DNA of 64,000 nucleotides from Octopus sinensis. Lineage: Eukaryota. Below, in pieces: positions 23,985-36,785 of the stretch. The first letter of the stretch is position 1; every line of letters begins with the position of its first letter. Where the stretch lies: positions 37,820,001 through 37,884,000 of the forward strand of contig NC_043012.1 of assembly GCF_006345805.1 (NCBI RefSeq), read 5' to 3'. The notes under the pieces are model-generated. The model ran no database searches. It was not told the DNA's origin and saw only the letters and a program-made list of their open reading frames with translations. A program made the position numbers and the translations under genes.

Positions 23985-24255
23985 CACCTTTCAAGCGTTG
24001 GGCCTCATGGAGGCAATGGCAAGTGACCAAGACCTTTGGCAATATGCTGTGCTTGAGCAGAAGACCCGTCAAGCCAAGTGAAATCATAGTCGTGGCAAAT
24101 ACAGGTGTCACACAACTGGCACCCTTGCTGGTGGCGTATAAAAGCTATTACACTCTCAGAGTGGTTGGTGTTAGGAAGGGCATCCGACAAAATCAGACCG
24201 GAGTCTGGTGCAGCCCCTCAGCTGGAAGATAAATGATGATGATAATGATGACGAC
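23985..24255 (+). mobile_element. RTE 3' fragment
   Basis: LQALGLMEAMASDQDLWQYAVLE-like ORF end plus a (GAT)n-type tail. Confidence 0.65.
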
Positions 24256-24602
24256 GATGGCATATTTCTATCCTTATCCATGTGCATACAAAGCATGCTT
24301 CTTAAACTACATGGGTATGCCTGTACCTCAAAGCTACATGAAAAGAAAAATGTTCTGTTTTCATTCATTAATTCTTGGATTAAATATTTCAGTCAGTTAT
24401 TTAAATGAAATGCAAGGTGAGATTTCCTCTGAGCTGCAACTCTAAAATTCCTTCTTCCGTATCTTTTGTTGCAAATATTGAACACTCGACTGAATGCCAA
24501 AACGTTGACAGAACGAGAACAGTGAAGAAGTTTCAATAAAAATAGTAAATAGTCGAGTGTATTGGCATGGATGTGGCAACATTTGAAATATTGTCGAGGT
24601 AT

Positions 24603-24674
24603 ATGTGGCTGATGAAGATAAATCAAATATATGTGGGCAGACATATTTTGAAGAATCTGAAACCGGTACCACAT
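24603..24674 (+). ncRNA. Type I hammerhead ribozyme with complete core (H3), sense in GEN1 intron 3; predicted cleavage after 24668
   Basis: AUGUGG CUGAUGA AGAU aaau CAAAUAUAUGU gggcag ACAUAUUUUG aaga AUCU GAAA C CG GUA^CCACAU. Stem I is 6/6. Stem III is the palindrome ACCGGU (dimer type). Confidence 0.8.
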
Positions 24675-24860
24675 TATCCCTTTCTAGGTATTTCATTTTT
24701 CAGATGTTCTCCCTAGAGGTAAGACAATTTTTTTCATGTTTGTTGCACACACGCATTTTTGCTAGTACATACGCAGTGAAGCTATACATTAACGTCGTAT
24801 TTATTATGTTCGCTATTTTCCAGTAAATATCGGTACTTTGTTGTGCCATTTATTTACTTT

Positions 24861-24898
<38 letters not shown>

Positions 24899-25096
24899 AC
24901 GGGCTTCTTTCAGTTTCTGTCTACCAGATCCACTCACAAGACTTTGGTCGTCCCGAGGCTATAGTAGAAGACACTTGCCCAAGATGCCACGCAGTGGGAC
25001 TGAATTGGAACCATGTGGTTGGTAAGCAAGCTACTTACCACACAGCCACTCCTGCACCTATAATTTTAATTTTCTCTTTTTTTTGTTGGTTTTCAG

Positions 25097-25186
25097 TGTT
25101 GTGAGTTGCTGGATTGTCTTGGAGTGCCATATTTGGAAAGTCAAGGAGAAGCAGAGGCCTATTGTGCTTTCCTTAATAAACATGGT
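25097..25186 (+). CDS. GEN1: GEN1 coding exon 3 (XPG-I, EAEA motif)
   Basis: CCELLDCLGVPYLESQGEAEAYCAFLNKHG. TTTCAG acceptor, GTAAGT donor. 90 nt. Confidence 0.95.
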
Positions 25187-25313
25187 GTAAGTTATATCTT
25201 TTATCTTATGGGTGAGAGCATATCTTTTGATGTGGGTCATCCCTGTTTAAGCATGGTTATGAAGACTGTCCTGTCTTTTAAAAATATCTTGGATTATATT
25301 ATAATATTATAAT

Positions 25314-28300
25314 ATAAGAGTAAGTGATAGAGTACTTAAGATTAGATTAGTGCTTCACCATAGGTCAGCTACTATCATCTCGGCATATGCCCCTCAACCA
25401 GGGCTACTGGAAGGACAAAAAGACCAATTCTATGACACCCTATTGCGGACTACCTCGTTGACAAATGCCAGTGACCTTCTCTTCGTGGCAGGTGATTTCA
25501 ATGGACATGCTGGACGGCATGTCGGGGGCTTCCATGGCGTGCATGGAGGCTACGGTTTTGGCTCTCGTAATGAGGAGGGAACCAGGCTGCTGGAGTTCTG
25601 CGATGCAAATGACCTTATGGTCTGCAATACCAACTTCAGGAAACCCACCTCTCACCTAGTCACCTACCGTTCTGGCAGACACACTAGCCAGATTGACTAC
25701 ATCCTTGCCAGAAAAAGGGAAAGAGGGCTGCTTATAAATGCCAAAACCTTTCCAGGCGAAGAATGCACTCCTCAACATAGATTAGTAGTTAGCGACTTCA
25801 GGATCAGAGCTAAATGGTTGCCAGAAGAAGACCTGCTTGGAGGAGAAGGGTCTGGAAGCTTAAAGATCCTGCAAATGGACAGAGATTTAGAGACATACTA
25901 CTCGAAGCCTTTGACGAAATAGAAGGGGATATAGCTTCACTTAATGTGGAAAGCAACTGGAGATTTCTACGGGACAATCTGCTGACAGCCACTGACCAGA
26001 TCTGTGGATGGAGCAAAGTACCGTCTCGACCCAGAGTAACATGGTAGTGGAACACTGTGGTTGACAGGGCTATTAGACAAAAGAGACAGGCTTGGAAGGA
26101 CTGGAAGAACGGTGGTAGCAGGGAATTGTATCAGACAGCCAGAAGGGAAGCTAGGAGACAGGTTTATTTAGCCAGAGGGGAAGCGGATAAGAAAAAATTT
26201 GCCAATGTTCTGAGCCGTGAGGATGAAAGACTTGAGGTATTTCGTGTTGCAAGACAGTTTGTGAGAGAGAATCGTGATGTGGTAGGAGAGAAGTGTGTTC
26301 GCATGGATGATGGTTCACTTGCACTAAATGAGGATGCAAAGAGAGAGGTTTGGAGATGCCACTATGAAAGGTTGCTGAATGAAGAAAATGAATGGGATAA
26401 AGAGAGTCTGCCGAATGTTGACCCAACAGAGGGACCAGCTATCTGAGTTGATAGTTCCGTGGTAGCTAAGGCAATTAGAAGCATGAAGACAGGGAAAGCC
26501 CCAGGCCCATCAGGAATTGCTGCAGAGATGCTCAAAATATCTGGCAGTGTCGGCTATAACCTAGTCACCTGTATAGTCAACCAGGTGATACACGAAGGAG
26601 TCATACCCAATGACTGGTGCAGCAGCATACTAGTCAACTGATACAAAGGTAAAGGTGATGCCCTAGATACAAATAATTACAGAGGTATCAAGCTGCTGGA
26701 TCAAGTAATGAAGGTTACGGAGAGGGTCATAGCCCAACTAATTAGAGAGAGAGTTAGTTTAGATGAGATGCAGTTTGGGTTCGTGCCAGGGAAAAGTACC
26801 ACACTGATGCTATATTCCTGGTAAGGCAGCTGCAGGAGAAATACCTAGCCAAAGATAAGCCCCTGTACCTGGCTTTCGTTGACATGGAGAAAGCTTTTGA
26901 TAGGGTCCCCCGATCCCTTATCTGGTGGTCAATGAGGAAACTAGGGATAGATGAATGGCTGGTGAGGACTGGGCAAGCCATGTACAGAGATGCCGTAAGT
27001 AAGGTTAGGGTTGGCAACATGTACACAGAAGAATTCAAAGTAGAGGTTGGGGTCCACCAGGGTTCAGTACTCAGCCCCCTCCTATTTATCATAGTACTCC
27101 AGGCAATTACGGAGGAATTCAAGACAGGCTGTCCCTGAGAGCTCCTCTACGCTGACGACCTTGCTCTTATTGCTGAGTCACTATCAGAACTGGAGGAGAA
27201 GTTCCAGGTGTGGAAGGAGGGTTTAGAATCGAGGGGCCTTAGAGTCAACCTAGCTAAAACCAAAGTACTAATAAGTAGGAAGGTAGACAATCCACAAATG
27301 TCTTCAGGAAGATGGCCCTGCTCGATCTGTAGAAAAGGTGTAGGTAGAAACTCTATAAGATGTACCCAGTGTAAGCTATGGACACATAAGAGGTGCAGCA
27401 ATGTCAAAGGTAGGCTAACTGGGAAGATAGTTTTTGTATGTGGCAGATGCTCGGGAGCATTAACCTCCGAAAATCTGCAGAAAACAACTTCCGTCACTTT
27501 CCAGGGGGAAAAACTAGAAGTAGTTGATAGCTTCCGTTATCTAGGTGACCAAGTCAGTAGTGGGGGTGGGTGCGCTGAAAGTGTAACTGCTAGAATAAGA
27601 ATAGCCTGGGCAAAGTTTAGGGAGCTCTTACCTCTGCTGGTGACTAAAGGCCTCTCGCTCAGAGTAAAAGGCAGACTGTATGATGCGTGTGTACGAACAG
27701 CCATACTACATGGCAGTGAAACATGGGCCGTGACTGCTGAGGACATGCGTAAGCTCGTGAGGAATGAAGCCAGTATGCTCCGATGGATGTGTAATGTCAG
27801 TGTACATACTCGACAGAGCGTTAGCACCTTGAGAGAAATGTTGTACCTAAGAAGCATCAGTTGTGGTGTGCAAGAGAGACGATTGCGCTGGTATGGTCAT
27901 GTGGTGAGAATGGATGAAGATAGGTGTGTGAGAAAGTGCCAATCCCTAGCAGTTGAGGGAACCCGTGGAAGAGGTAGACCCAAGAAAACCTGGGACGAGG
28001 TGGTGAAGCACGACCTTCGAACTTTAGGCCTCACTGAGTAAATGACCAGCGACCGAAACCTTTGGAAATATTCTGTACGTGAGAAGACCAGGCAGGACAA
28101 GTGAGCCCAGCCCACTTATGAATGCCTTTCCTCCCTTGGACACAAAGACCTGTTGAGGCAGCGAAGTCGATATAGAACCTCATCCGACGACAGACACCCA
28201 TGCCAACCCCCTCTGCTTGCGAAGACATGTTGGGGCAAGCGAAATCGAAATCGAATTGAACCAGCCAGGATCCCTGGTCTGGTGGTACGTAAAAAGCACT

Positions 28301-28790
28301 ATCCGACTCGTGGCCGATGCCAGCGCCGCTTCGACTGGCTTCCGTGCCGGTGGCACGTAAAATACTCCAATCCGACCGTACGACAGGCACCCATGCCAAC
28401 CCCCTTTGCTTGTGAAGACATGTTGGGGCAAGCGAAATCGAAATCGAATTGAACCAGCCAGGATCCCTGGTCTGGTGGTACGTAAAAAGCACTATCCGAC
28501 TCGTGGCCGATGCCAGCACCGCCTCGACTGGCTTCCGTGCCGGTGGCACATAAAATACACCAATCCGACCGTGGCCATTGCCAGCCTCGCCTGGCACCTG
28601 TGCAAGTGGCACGTAAAAAGCACCCACTACACTCATGGAGTGGTTGGCGTTAGGAAGGGCATCCAGCTGTAGAAACATTGCCAGATAAGACTGGAGCCTG
28701 GTGCAGCCTTCTGGCTTCCCAGAACCCCGGTCGAACCGTCCAACCCATGCTAGCATGGAGAACGGACGTTAAACGATGATGATGATGATG
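25314..28790 (+). mobile_element. Longest RTE-clade LINE (copy 3): partial APE endonuclease, RT and 3' UTR; inactive
   Basis: IRVSDRV...IISAYAPQ, GDFNGH, SQIDYIL, RT motifs with YADD. Frameshifts near 25820 and 26810. Stops at 26045, 26444, 26639, 27136 and 28039. (GAT)n tail. Confidence 0.95.
28188..28572 (+). repeat. 193-bp tandem duplication in the 3' UTR of RTE copy 3
   Basis: CGACAG(A/G)CACCCATGCCAACC starts at 28188 and at 28381. Confidence 0.9.
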
Positions 28791-29688
28791 AACTTATTGT
28801 ATATGGTGCTCAGGTTACACTACAACTCATCAGAAAAAGTCACCAAACCCGCATGAACAGTACATAGAATATGCACAGGAAGTGAACAGTGAATAAGTCT
28901 CATTTAAAAAAAAACCCAAAATGGGTGGGGAGCATCAGGTGTATTGTCAGTGTACTTAAGGAAGCATTGAAGTTTGGAAGGATGTAGTGTCTTGACAGCT
29001 AACACCTGATGCAGGTAGTTTATTCTGTGCTTCAGCATGCAATGTATTTTCTCTTTTTTGCATCATCATCATCATGAAGCTGTCATGGGTTGGACAGTTT
29101 GACTTCCGTCTGATTTGGCATGGTTTCTATGGCTGGATACTTTTCCTAACGCCAACCTCTCTAAGAGTGTAATGGGTGCTTTTACATGCCAGTTGTGTAA
29201 CACCAGTATCTGCTACAGTTTTCACACTTTACACTAGATTAAACCACAGGTAAGAACTACATTCTGCCTCTACAGAAAGCAAAAAGAAATTATATACATG
29301 CGCAAGAATTCTAATCATTCTCTATCCATAATGATGAATCATGTAGGTGTTCTAACTAAAAAAGTTTCTTATTAAATGGGAACAGTTCTTACAGTACTTA
29401 ATTACTATTGTTAATTGTTATAGCCTCTATTCATGTCAGTCAGCCCTGTTCAAGTATGGCTATGAGAAAAGGCATTCCAGACAGGACCATTCCTCTCTTA
29501 AAATTATGTTCATATTGTCTAATGTGTCTTTGCTTTTTTGCAACCTAACAATGAATGTTCACATACTACACTAGATTAAACCACAGGTAAATGCTACTTT
29601 TTACCTCTACAGAAAGCAGAAAAAAGAAATTGTATACATTTGCAAGAATTCTAGTCACTCTCTAGCCGTAATTATGAATAATTTAAAT

Positions 29689-30081
29689 CAGTGGTTCTCA
29701 CCAGGGGCTATGTAAGATTTTTGGGGGTCCACGTAACAAAATAGGAAAATGGGGATCCACAATAGTCTTTGAAGGGTCCCCGAAAAAATGTTGCATTAGA
29801 TGTATGTATTGGTATGTATTGCAAGAAACAGCTAGGTTTCTTTCTCTAACATTTCTGGGGTCACCCAGGATAAAATAGTAATCGAAGGGGATCCACTCAA
29901 GAAAATAGTAAATTGGGGATACTCTTTTACTTGTTTCAGTCATTTGACTGCGGCCATGCTGGAGCACCGCCTTTAGTCGAGCAAATCGACCCCAGGACTT
30001 ATTCTTTGGAAGCCTAGTACTTATCCTATTGGTCTCTTTTGCCAAACCGCTAAGTTACGGGGACAAACACAGACACACAAG

Positions 30082-30119
<38 letters not shown>

Positions 30120-30462
30120 CATACATATATACGACGAGTTTCTTTCAGTTTCCGTCTACCAAATCCACTCACAAAGCTTTGGTTGGCCTGAGGCTATAAT
30201 AGAAGACTCTTGCCCAAGGTGCCATGCAATGGGACTGAACCTGGAACCATGTGGTTGGTAAGTAAGCTACTTACCACACAGCCACTTCTGTGCCTATTCA
30301 CAAGACTATATTAAGGGCCTCTGAAAAAATGTTGCTTTGGATGTATGTATTGATACGTATTGCAAAAAACAGCTAGGTTTCTTTCTCTAATATTTCTGGG
30401 GTCCACCAGAATAAAATAGTAATCGAAGGGGTCCATAGGTAAAAAATGATTGAGAACCCTTG
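29689..30462. mobile_element. hAT-type MITE interrupted by a SINE; a related copy lies at about 39033-39285
   Basis: Termini CAGTGGTTCTCA ... TGAGAACCCTTG. The internal segment is duplicated on both sides of the SINE. Confidence 0.55.
29923..30295 (-). mobile_element. CORE-like tRNA-derived SINE, full length
   Basis: Same family as 20128-20520. Confidence 0.8.
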
Positions 30463-30577
30463 ATTTTGGTGCTATAACTGGGAAGAATTGCAGTAGTGCT
30501 GTATAACCTGTTGATAATTGTTATATGCTCTTAATGCAACATGTCACCTGTCTGTCGTTATGTCTATCTCTTTACAG

Positions 30578-30664
30578 GTAGTCGATGCCTGCATCACTAA
30601 CGATGGAGATGCTTTCCTTTATGGAGCCCCAAAAATTTATCGAAACTTCACCATGGACCGAAAG
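30578..30664 (+). CDS. GEN1: GEN1 coding exon 4 (TNDGD motif)
   Basis: VVDACITNDGDAFLYGAPKIYRNFTMDRK. TTTACAG acceptor, weak GTTTTT donor. 87 nt. Confidence 0.93.
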
Positions 30665-31027
30665 GTTTTTCGTTTTATCTTTATTTCGAAATTTTCTTCA
30701 CTCTTTTCTTCACTTTCTCTCTTCTTGCATACATTCTCTCTTTCAATCTCTCAAATACTATCAATTTGACTGGCTCTCTTCTCTTCCCCTCTCTCACTCC
30801 CTCTCTCTTACCTTATCTCTTTCTCTTTCACTCACTATCAGTTTTACTCTCTCTCTCTCTCAATTTTACTCTCTCTTACCATCATTGTTTCTCTTTCTCA
30901 CCCTGTTAGTGTTACTCTCTTACCTGCTCTCTTTCTGTCACTCACATCATTTCACTCTATCGTTCTTCCTCATTCCCTCACAGTCTGTGCCAGTTCCTTA
31001 TGCTCACACTCAATCTCTTCCTACCAG

Positions 31028-31212
31028 GACCCCCACGTTGAGAGCTACACAGTGCAAGACATCGAACAACAGCTGTCCCTTACCCAAGAGAAACTTGTGG
31101 CCTTTGCTCTGCTTACTGGCTGTGATTACCAACCAAAGGGCATTCCACAAGTTGGAGTGGAAACAGCACTAAAGTTACTTAGGGCCCTCACCAACAGAGA
31201 TCTACTTTTAAG
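31028..31212 (+). CDS. GEN1: GEN1 coding exon 5 (H2TH motif, GCDY)
   Basis: DPHVESYTVQDIEQQLSLTQEKLVAFALLTGCDYQPKGIPQVGVETALKLLRALTNRDLLL-R. 185 nt, donor GTCGGT. Confidence 0.95.
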
Positions 31213-34122
31213 GTCGGTAGCTGATCTACATTTGGGATGGCACATATTCCTCCTCCTCCTCTTCTTCTTCTTCATAATAATAATAATAATAATAATAAAA
31301 ATCATCATCATCAGTGTTGTGGTAACTCATTATCATCATCAATGATTAGCAGCTCCCTTCTCACCCTTGCCTCTTTATCTCTACTCCCACTGATTACATT
31401 TTGTCACCTTGTGTTATCGTCATTGCCACTGGATCGTGTCTTCAATTCCTGGACCCAGCAGTACATTGTGTCTTTGACCAAAACATTTCGTTTCACATTG
31501 CTCTGCGATAGTCATGTGGCACACTTGTGCACCCGTGCAGGCAATGTCGATCTAATGGTGGGAGTGAGCTTGTGTAAACACAAACATTTAATCAACATCA
31601 ACATTTAACATCCGTTTTCCATGCTGGCATGAGTCAGATGGCTTAACAGGAACTGTCAAGGCCAGCTTCTGTAGACTGTTTCAGCTTCGTTTCTCTGGCT
31701 TCATCTGTCATCTAATGATGAGAAAGTCCTTAATGTATAGAAGTGCAGGCATGGCTGTGTGGGTAAGGAGATTGCTTCCCAACCGTATGGTTTTAGGTTC
31801 AATCGCATTCCTGGCTACCTTGGGCAAGTGTTTTCTACTATAGCCCCAGGCCAATCAAAGCCTTGTGAATGGATTTGTTAGACAAGAACTGAAAGAAGCC
31901 TGTTATATATATGAATGTATAATTATATTAAAGGGATCGGAAGAACCTCTCCAACACGTTAAAAATAGACACCAGATGGCACTAAAAACCACCTTATTTC
32001 TCCTACAGCACAGGTTGTAAACAAGCAAATGAAAAATAATAAATACAGCTTTCCAGTTAATTGTATATTGGACCAATATCATCATCGTTTAATGTCTGTT
32101 ATCCATGCTGGCATGGGTTGGATAGTTTGACCAGGACTGGCAGGCTGGAAGACTGCACCAGACTCCAGTCTGACTTGGCATGGTTTCTACAGCTGTATGC
32201 CCTTCCTAATGCCAGCCACTCTGAGAGTGTAATAGGTGCTTTTATGTGCCATTGGCATGACACCAGTATCTGCCACGACTGCAATTTTACTTGGCTTGAT
32301 GGGTCTTCTTCTCAAGCCCAACATAATGCCAAAGGACTTGGTCATTCGTCATTGCTCCCATGAGGCTCGACACTCGAAGGATGCTTTTCACATGCTACTG
32401 GCATCGGCCAATTTGCCTATACACACACACACACACGCACATGCATATATATGTGTGTGTGTATTTATATATCATCAACATTTAACATCCGCTTTCCATG
32501 CTGACATGAGTTGAATGGGGTTTGACAGGAGTTGGTAAACCAGAGTACTGGACCAGGCTTCATTGTCTACTTTGGCATGGTTTCTATGGCTAGGGGTCCT
32601 TCTTAACAACAACCACTTTACAAAGTGCATTTTATATGGTACCAACACTAGTTGAGTCTTTCCTATCCCCTTCTTAGGTCAGCAGATGTACATACTCTAG
32701 AACTGACATGAACAACCCTTTTTTTTTTGAGAAACAGGCCCCACGAGACCTTGTTCATCATCAGGTGCACTACACAGCTAAAAAAATTTAAAGGTAATTA
32801 ATTTTTCAATAGGTAGGTAGGGGGGTCTCAGGGGGTAGTGTCCCTGCCTTCGTGTGCTAGTTTTCCACCACATTTCTTAAAAATCATGGTAGAGGCCTTA
32901 GTCTTGGGACCACTCATGTCTAGAAACTGAGGTTGGGGGTAAGCAAGGGCATGCTCCCCGCAGAAAATCCAGCTCCAAAAAAGCCACATGACAGCCAAGG
33001 AGAATGGACACCTGCCAGCCAGCCCAAAGGTTGGGGTGGGATGCACCTACCTACCTCGGTTGCTATGGCATTGAAGTAGATCTGGCCACCCCTGTTAACA
33101 GGGACAAAACCAAGATTAAGGAGTAAGTCATCACTGCTGATCCCCACCATGACCTTCTGCAAGAACTCTGGGGCTGGTAGGGGTAAGGGAGCAAGAAGCT
33201 AGGGTTCCTAATGGTCAGCATTGAGGTAGATCTGGCCACCCCTGTTAATGAAGACAAAATCCAAATTTAAGACACTAGATATGCCGTCCAAGGGGTCCTG
33301 CAAGCTACAGGACTTGACCCAAGGGCTGCCATTCGCCCCTGACTGCTCGAGGCCATTAACTACGCTTGACCCAAGGGCTGCCATTCGCCCCTGACTGCTC
33401 CAGGCCATTAACTACGCTTTACACTTGCATTCCTATCTCTTCCTTTCAAATCTCCATTTTTAGTCTTTGTGTCATCATTGACAACCGATGCTGGTGTGTT
33501 TACATCTTCGTAACTTCAGATTTTAGCAAAAGAGACCGATAGAATAAGTACTAGGCTTACAGGGAATGAGTCCTGGGGTCGATTTGCTTGACTAAAGGCG
33601 GTGCTCCAGCATGGCCACAGTCAAATGACTGAAACAAGTAAAAGAGTAAAGAGTATTCTACTGGTCTCTTTCGCCGACTGCTAAGTTATGGGGACGTAAA
33701 CACACCACCATGAGTTTTCAAGCGATGGTGGGGGACAAACACACACACACACACATATATACATGTGGCATGCTTCTTTCAGTTTCCGTCTACCAAATCC
33801 ACTCAAAAGGCTTTGGTTGGCCCGAGGCCATAGTAGAAAACACTTGCCCAAGGTGCCATGCAGTGGGACTGAACCCGGAACCATGAGGTTGGTAAGCAAG
33901 CTACTTACCCCACAGCCGCTTGTGTGTGCTATGATTGTGTATATGTGTTTGATTATATATTTCTTTAACTCATAATATGAGTAAATCTATGTGTGTGTGT
34001 GTGTGTGTGTTTAAATATACAAGTGTGAGTATGTTTGATTTTTCAGTCTGTGTGTGTGTGTTTATACGACAGTTAGAGATGTGTCTACATGTTTGTTTAT
34101 ATATATACATTCTGTTTTGTAG

Positions 34123-34225
34123 ATTTCGTCAGTGGCGCTCCATGAAATCTTCAGACTGCTGTTGTGATATTGAGAGGACAGTCTGGGAGAAAGCCTGCAA
34201 GTTACCCGGCTTTCCATCTGAACAG
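34123..34225 (+). CDS. GEN1: GEN1 coding exon 6
   Basis: FRQWRSMKSSDCCCDIERTVWEKACKLPGFPSEQ. TTGTAG acceptor, GTACAA donor. 103 nt, phase-compatible. Confidence 0.85.
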
Positions 34226-34414
34226 GTACAATCGGATATTTGGTATTTCTAAACCATTACCAAACAATTAACCTTATTTTGAAAGTGGATATATATTTGA
34301 AATATATTTTAATCGGTTTGACCTTTCATCATGCTCAAAGCTACTTTATTCCTGGATATACAAACATACAAAACACTAAGCATATACATACATGCATGTA
34401 AGCACACACACACA

Positions 34415-34449
<35 letters not shown>

Positions 34450-34599
34450 GCGCGCGCGCGGCAAATGAAAGACAGAAAAATTCATTATTATTCACAACAA
34501 TTGTTTCGGCACATCTAGCATCGATTCCTCTCGGGTTGGACACTCAACAACTGGTTCAGGAGCATCCGGTGGCACAGATGTATCTCATCGGGTGATAAA

Positions 34600-34948
34600 T
34601 AAATACAACTCATTAAAATAACTGTGTTTCCCATTCTTGTATACCCTCATATACACCTTTTCACCAACTTAAAAATGTTTTGCTATGTCTTGCCGAGTAG
34701 CAATTTATCAAAGACTGATTTTACTTTCCTTACAAGCATCTGCTCTGCTGGAGTATTCAGATTTGGTGTCACATGGTACACTCTTAAAAATTGTTGTAGA
34801 GCTACCTCATCCATGATTCTTTATTCAATTTTCTAAGGGCTCTCTTGATGGTATCAACAAAGCCTTCTACCTGTCGGTTAGATCTGGGATGGTATGGCCT
34901 CGTTGTTATATGTTCTACCGTGAATGTTTCACTTTCGAAATTGCACAG
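34600..34948 (-). pseudogene. Ty3/Gypsy-type integrase relic
   Basis: EHITTRPYHPRSNRQVEGFVDTIKRALRK then, after a frameshift, ALQQFLRVYHVTPN. Matches the retroviral integrase core C-terminal motif. Confidence 0.75.
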
Positions 34949-35225
34949 AACTCAGACTGGACTTGAAATGTGAATGTGGAGGGTCACACCTACATGCTGT
35001 AAACTAATTTCTCCATGTTCTACTCTCTTTACTGCTCTACATGTGATTACAACAACAATAACAATTATAATTTCTATCATAGACACAAAGCCACACATTT
35101 TGAAGTAAGAATAGCAGAGTTATATTGACTTCCATTTTTTATTGACCCTTGAAAGACAGAATGCAAAATCAGCCTCAGTGAGATTTGAACTGACAATATA
35201 CGGAAATCTAATTAAATGCTACATT

Positions 35226-35950
35226 TGTGCTGGACAAAGCACATCTCTAAAATTGTCAAGAAGGCCGAGGGTATCTTGACATCATTCAGCAAGATCTTTG
35301 TCAGCAGCTCTCCAGTTATCTATTTAAGGCTGTATATGGCTATGGTGTAGCCACACTTGCATCATCAGTCTGGAACCCCTATCTTGCTCAGGACATCAAC
35401 CTCCTGGATACTGTTCAGAGACATGCAACCAAGCAAATACCCTCCATCAGGCATCTACCATACTCTGAATGCCTTGCTTCCCTGGGCATAGATACATTGA
35501 AGCTCCGATGTCTGGCAACTGACTTGGTAAACACCCACAAAATTAATAACCATCGTGCCAACAACCACCCTGAGCACCTTTTTGAGCTCCATGTGTCTAA
35601 CACATGTGGGCATGGCTACAAAGTCAGGAAACAGCATACCTCCCATGACTTTCTGAACATTTTTTCACACTCAAGAGTTGCTGAAGCATGGCACAAACTG
35701 CCTGCATCAGTTGTTAGTTGCTGAGACATTGCATCCTTTAAAACCTCCATGTTTCCTGAAATTCGCCAACACTACACTTGATATCCCCTCCTGCTCCATA
35801 CGCATGCACACATGTATATCGTGGCTCATACACTGTTCACTTTCCTGACTTTGGTACATAATTCTATGTACTCTACATGCACCTTTGAGGAGTTGTAGTG
35901 CACCTGAGCACTGTGCACAATAGTTTCATTATTATTATATTATATTATTT
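35226..35950 (+). mobile_element. CR1/L2-group LINE 3' relic
   Basis: ASSVWNPYLAQDINLLDTVQRHATK...GHGYKV...FSHSRVAEAWHKLP, followed by an (ATT)n-like tail. Confidence 0.75.
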
Positions 35951-36229
35951 TATGTCGTTCTCCTCATTCTGTCACAAAAACACCAAAGCAAAATAGCCGC
36001 CATCATCATTATAAAACTGTTTTTCCATGCAAATATGAGCGAGATGATAATGCCATATTTTCCGGCATACAAGCTGATATTGTGTTATAGTGTAAACATG
36101 TAGTGTAAACATTCAAACATTGTTGCTGTCTTTCCAAATCCTCCTGCATTTCACATGGATTTTTGGTCGTCCAAAATCGTCTTTGTGTAGAAGCTGACCT
36201 GCCATTTTTTAACTACAAGTTTTGCTCTT

Positions 36230-36615
36230 TTACTCTTTTACTTGTTTTAGTCATGTGACTGTGGCCATGCTGGAGCACTGCCTTTAGTCGAGTAAATCGA
36301 CCCCAAGACTTATTCTTTGTAAGCCTAGTACTTATTCTATCAGTCTCTTTTGTTAAACCACTAAGTTACGGGGATGTAAGCACACCAGCATCGGTTGTCA
36401 AGCGATGTTGGGGGGGACAAACACAGACACATAAACATATATATATATATACGACGGGCTTCTTTCAGTTTCTGTCTGCCAAATCCACTCATAAGGCTTT
36501 GGTCGGCCTGAGGCTATAGTAGAAGACGCTTGCCCAAGGTTCCACGCAGTGGGACTGAACCCGGAACCATGTGGTTGGTAAGCAAGCTACTTACCACACA
36601 GCCACTCCTGCGCCT
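36230..36615 (-). mobile_element. CORE-like tRNA-derived SINE, full length and well preserved
   Basis: Head GGCGCAGGAGTGGCTGTGTGGTAAG...GGTTCAGTCCC on the reverse complement. Confidence 0.85.
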
Positions 36616-36785
36616 ATAAGAATTAATGCTGTGAACAGGATCTGAAAACTTCAACTTGTGTGCCAGAAAATATGATAATGACAGCGGTCATGATGAAAAG
36701 GAAGACAATGAAACAGTTGATGATACCAAGAATAATAATATTCTTCTTTTGTTGTTACGTTTTTATTTACTCATCTATATTGTAG

